Source: Podarcis filfolensis (Eukaryota). From it: a DNA stretch of 64,000 nucleotides. The stretch lies in assembly GCA_964270895.1 (NCBI GenBank), contig OZ185435.1; one strand, 5' to 3'. The notes under the pieces were generated by a model, which was not told the DNA's origin, searched no databases, and saw nothing but the letters and a program-made list of their open reading frames with translations. The translations under genes were made by a program, and so were the position numbers. Shown here piece by piece: positions 60,511 to 64,000 of this stretch (its first letter is position 1; every line of letters starts with the position of its first letter).

Positions 60511-63334
60511 GTAAAATGTAGACAATAAATGCTTCCTTAAGCATTTTTATACATATGTACACCTTTTAAACACTTTTATAATGAGAGTATCATACCTGAA
60601 CTTTACATGATTTGGGGGGGGGGGGCTGATGAACTCCAACTCCCAGGCCTTCAACCCACTGTTACTGTGAGTTCAACAAGCTACATCTCTGTAGCCCATA
60701 AAATCAGTAGGTGGTCAACACTAAATGAAAGCCTCTTTCAAACTAGAAATTTCCCTAGAAAGTACTCATAGCTTGCACAATAAGGATACCAAATTTTAAA
60801 GAATGCTTAAAAGACTCTTACAAAAAAGCACATGGCAGAAGTTCATTCCACCCAGGACAGAGGTGGACTTTGGTCTTTCAAATTTCAGTGGTGCAAAGCC
60901 AAAATTTGGCACCCCTCTACCTCTTGCCTTCCATTTTGCATGGTCACTAGATCATACAGTAGTTGTGACACCCTGTGGCACCCCCTGGGCTTGGCATCCA
61001 GTGCTGCAGAAGTGCCCTAAATCCATATTTGCCCAGGAACCTGAGCACACAGATTGATAAGGCACCTAACTGGTAGCTGCAAGAAGGGCTTAGGTTGAAT
61101 GTCTGGTAGCAAGATTGCTCTTTTAAAGTCCACTAAATGTAAACAACTGGAAGCAGTTTCACTTTTAAGGAAACAAAAGACAACAACACCTGCTGCAAAA
61201 TAAGTTGTGGGAGATGGAAGGGAGCTGCCAAGGATGGTTTTAGACAAGGGGTCGAAGATGCTTCATATCAGAGCAGGTACTAGACCAGATGATCGCAACC
61301 GTGAACAGTCTCTCAATATGGTCAATGTGTAGTAGGGTTTTAGCCCTGATTGAATTTGGGTGCCAGAAAGACAGGAATCCCATTGCTGTGAAGTAGGGGT
61401 GGCAACTCTGTGCGCTGCATCGGGCCCACAAAGCTGCTCCCTGTGACTGACCAGCCAGCCCTCTGCCAAAGGGTGCTGTTTATTTTCCTCTTGACCTCCA
61501 CTAATCCTACAAAGGCACTTCTTCTCCCTCTTGGGCACTGCTGCTCCTAGGTGTTAACTCTAAGGGAATAGTCCTTCTTCTTTGCTAAGCACTAATGCCA
61601 CCTTAGATGAAGAAGAGACAACTTTGCAAGGTAATTGGAAAGCTTTCTTCCCCATTGCAGTGATGGGCTGGGGTGGGGGGAGGTTCCGATAACTGAAGAG
61701 GAAGGACTATTCTTCCTCCCCATTGCCATGCTGACCTAGGAGGAATGGAACGTCTCCCAGCCCAATGTAGTGATGAGAAATCGACAGAAGAGTGAATGTG
61801 TATTGGGGAAACTGTATGAACATGTGCATGTGTGTACATCTGCCTGCCTAACTACTTATCTGAATGTGTGTTGGTGTTGTATGTGTGTTGAATGTTTGTG
61901 TGAATGTCTGTTGGTCATACCTACTTTGGCCATGCCCACTACTGCATCAGCCACTGGAGGGTTAACCAACTTTTTTTTTTACGTCTCTTGGGCCAAAAAC
62001 TCCTACTCAGAAGCATTCAGCACAGGGGACAGGACACTTCCATTTACACTTCAGTGAAGTGTGGATCCACGGTATGGGCCTTCAAGAATCACTATACTTA
62101 TCTGTTAGCCCTGGCTCACTTGACAACTACAAAATGGCAAAATGGATATACATAGGAGCTGTAAGAGACTCTCGGCACTCAAGACCTGAGCACTAGCTAC
62201 CCTTTGGTGTAGAAGGTGCCAAATGACTAGGGTAAAACCAGCCCTGCACAGCAGATGCTGCCACCACTCCTGTTAGTCCACTCAACCTGAGCCAGGAGAA
62301 TCCTGGGCTGTACACTGAACAGTGTGCAAGAGCTAGATAGGAAAGCAAGAGATAAACAACCAGAACCCTGCCTCTTGAGCAACAAGCCCACATTACTCAG
62401 TAGCAGTTTGACCAAGTAGGATTCAGAGCTAAAGTTTAACCCCAAGAAAACACACAAGGTTCATAGAAGTCGAGTAATTAATAACTATAAAAATAGCAGC
62501 ATACAAATATGAACCCATTACCGGTTAAAATAAGAAAGGAAACTAATGTGTGAGAATACATTTGGAAATCAGAGTACAAGACAAAAAGCAATAAAAGCTA
62601 ATTTGCCTGTCTCTAATACTTAACTGCTAGAGTGCCAACCCCACTGAAATCCAGCAAGCAGCATCTCAATTCTGGAACTCTCTTTGGGCAGATATCGCTG
62701 CCTGCCTGCCTCCCTACCTTTAGTCAACAACTGAAAATGCATCATTTTCACCCAGGCATTTCAGGGGAAATTGTAGGCATGATATGGCTTTGCTTTGTGT
62801 TGGAACCAGGTGTTTGAATGTGGTAACAGAAATTGGAGACCAAGCACCACAAAGGTTTCAGATGGGTAGTGGTAAGAATCTACCTCTGAATTGTGTGTTG
62901 TGGGTGGAGAGTATGAGTGGGTAGGAAGCATGAGAATGAGGTTTATGATTTTTTTGGGGGGTGCCTGAAAGTTGGGGTGCAGAGCAGAGGCTCCCCTGCG
63001 AAGGTGGAGGATGCTGAGGAGCTGAACACAGAGTGTGTTTCTCACCCTGAGACGAGCAATAACATCAGTATCTCTCTGTACCTCTTTGAGGCTCGGTAGG
63101 GCGCTAGGGAGTGGGTTGCCAGTTTGCTCCCACTGACACCAAGCAACAGCCACTTATTGAAGTGTCTTCCCAGACCTGGGCTGATCCTAAACTGGACTTG
63201 GGTGCCTAGAAGCTTGTTTGTTGTTGCCTCTTTCCCCTCTGCTCTGAGGAGTGCAAGGTGGCACACCAAAGGGATAAATAATACCTTAATAATTTGTCTG
63301 ACACCTTTATGTTTACTTAATTTGTAGTAATAAT

Positions 63335-63480
63335 TTGTAGTAATAATTTGTATACCACCTTTCATCCAAAGATCACAGGGGAGTTCACAACAAAATGATA
63401 AGACAAAATACATAAAACAAGAACAAGAACAAATCAATAACTCCCGCAAAAGTAGGTTGATGTTAAGTGGATTTTTTAAA
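63335..63480 (-). mobile_element. L2 3' tail fragment
   Basis: taatttgtataccacctttcatccaaagatcacagggagttcacaac, reverse of an L2 3' end. Confidence 0.6.
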
Positions 63481-63667
63481 TTAACAATATGTATATGTAT
63501 ATGCTGCCCAATTACAAAGTTGACTGCGTTGAATTGTTGGAAAAATGAGCAGTAACTGTAGGATGTCACAAGAAGCAGCATTGTATGTTGAAACAAATGC
63601 TGTGGCGCCACAGAAAGTGATTTATTTTATAAAAGAACCACAAGGCTGATTGGGTATCTTCTTAGGC

Positions 63668-64000
63668 CAGTGGTTTTTAACCAGTGTGTCGTGGCACCCT
63701 GGGGTGCCTTGAATGATGGTGGGGGTGCCACGGGCAACACTGGCCTCTGCCCCTTTTTCTTTCCCTCCCTTCTCTGATGCCTTCTTGCATCTCCGCCTCC
63801 CCAAGGCTTGCACAGCTGTTTGTTGCAGCAGCCTGGGCTACCAGTTCCCCAGGCAAAGGGTGCCTCTGGGGCTTGCCAGGCCCCTGTGGGCAGGGGACGC
63901 AGCTAGGGGACCAGGGATGGCGGCGGCGGCAGCAACAGCTGCCCAGAGGACTCCCAAGAAGAGAGGAGGCTCTCCACCCACAAGGGAGGGTGTTCGAAAA
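63668..64000. mobile_element. hAT-like element 5' part, runs off the window
   Basis: Starts CAGTGGTTTTTAACCAGTGTGTCGTGGCACCCTGGGGTGCC; other end not visible. Confidence 0.55.

Noticed and set aside
63042-63611. 189-aa minus ORF
   Set aside because: Runs through an L2 tail and low-complexity AT-rich DNA; no domain signature.
63840-64000. GC-rich end with ATGGCGGCGGCG as a possible CCDC14 start
   Set aside because: Does not resemble the CCDC14 N-terminus as I recall it and follows a hAT-type terminus; probably transposon-internal.

Overview
Vertebrate genomic DNA, most likely a lacertid lizard (Podarcis/Lacerta-type Sauria SINEs, BovB, CR1, L2 and many MITEs). Two genes are recognisable, arranged head-to-head. 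(1) KALRN on the minus strand: only its acidic-peptide first coding exon (8720-8792, MNPAEGAAEEGAVPDSEVDAFFRT-G) lies in the window, inside a CpG island interrupted by a 149-N gap; bases 1-8719 are its first intron. (2) ROPN1 (ropporin-1) on the plus strand: five coding exons between 46409 and 59335 splice with canonical GT-AG sites into an intact 212-aa protein. The ~37 kb between the start codons is repeat-rich and holds a dense CCAAT/CRE/RFX motif cluster with a splice donor at ~13 kb, a candidate distal ROPN1 promoter. The most unusual object is a 2.1-kb retroposon in the ROPN1 intron between coding exons 3 and 4 (53696-55781). It has a perfect 16-bp target-site duplication, a CpG-rich L1-like 5' UTR, one intact 215-aa ORF resembling a compact L1 ORF1p, a poly(A) tail and no ORF2, i.e. 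a candidate 'half-L1' (HAL1-like) element in a reptile. Repeat-family names come from recalled consensus features, not database searches, and most repeat boundaries without a TSD are approximate.
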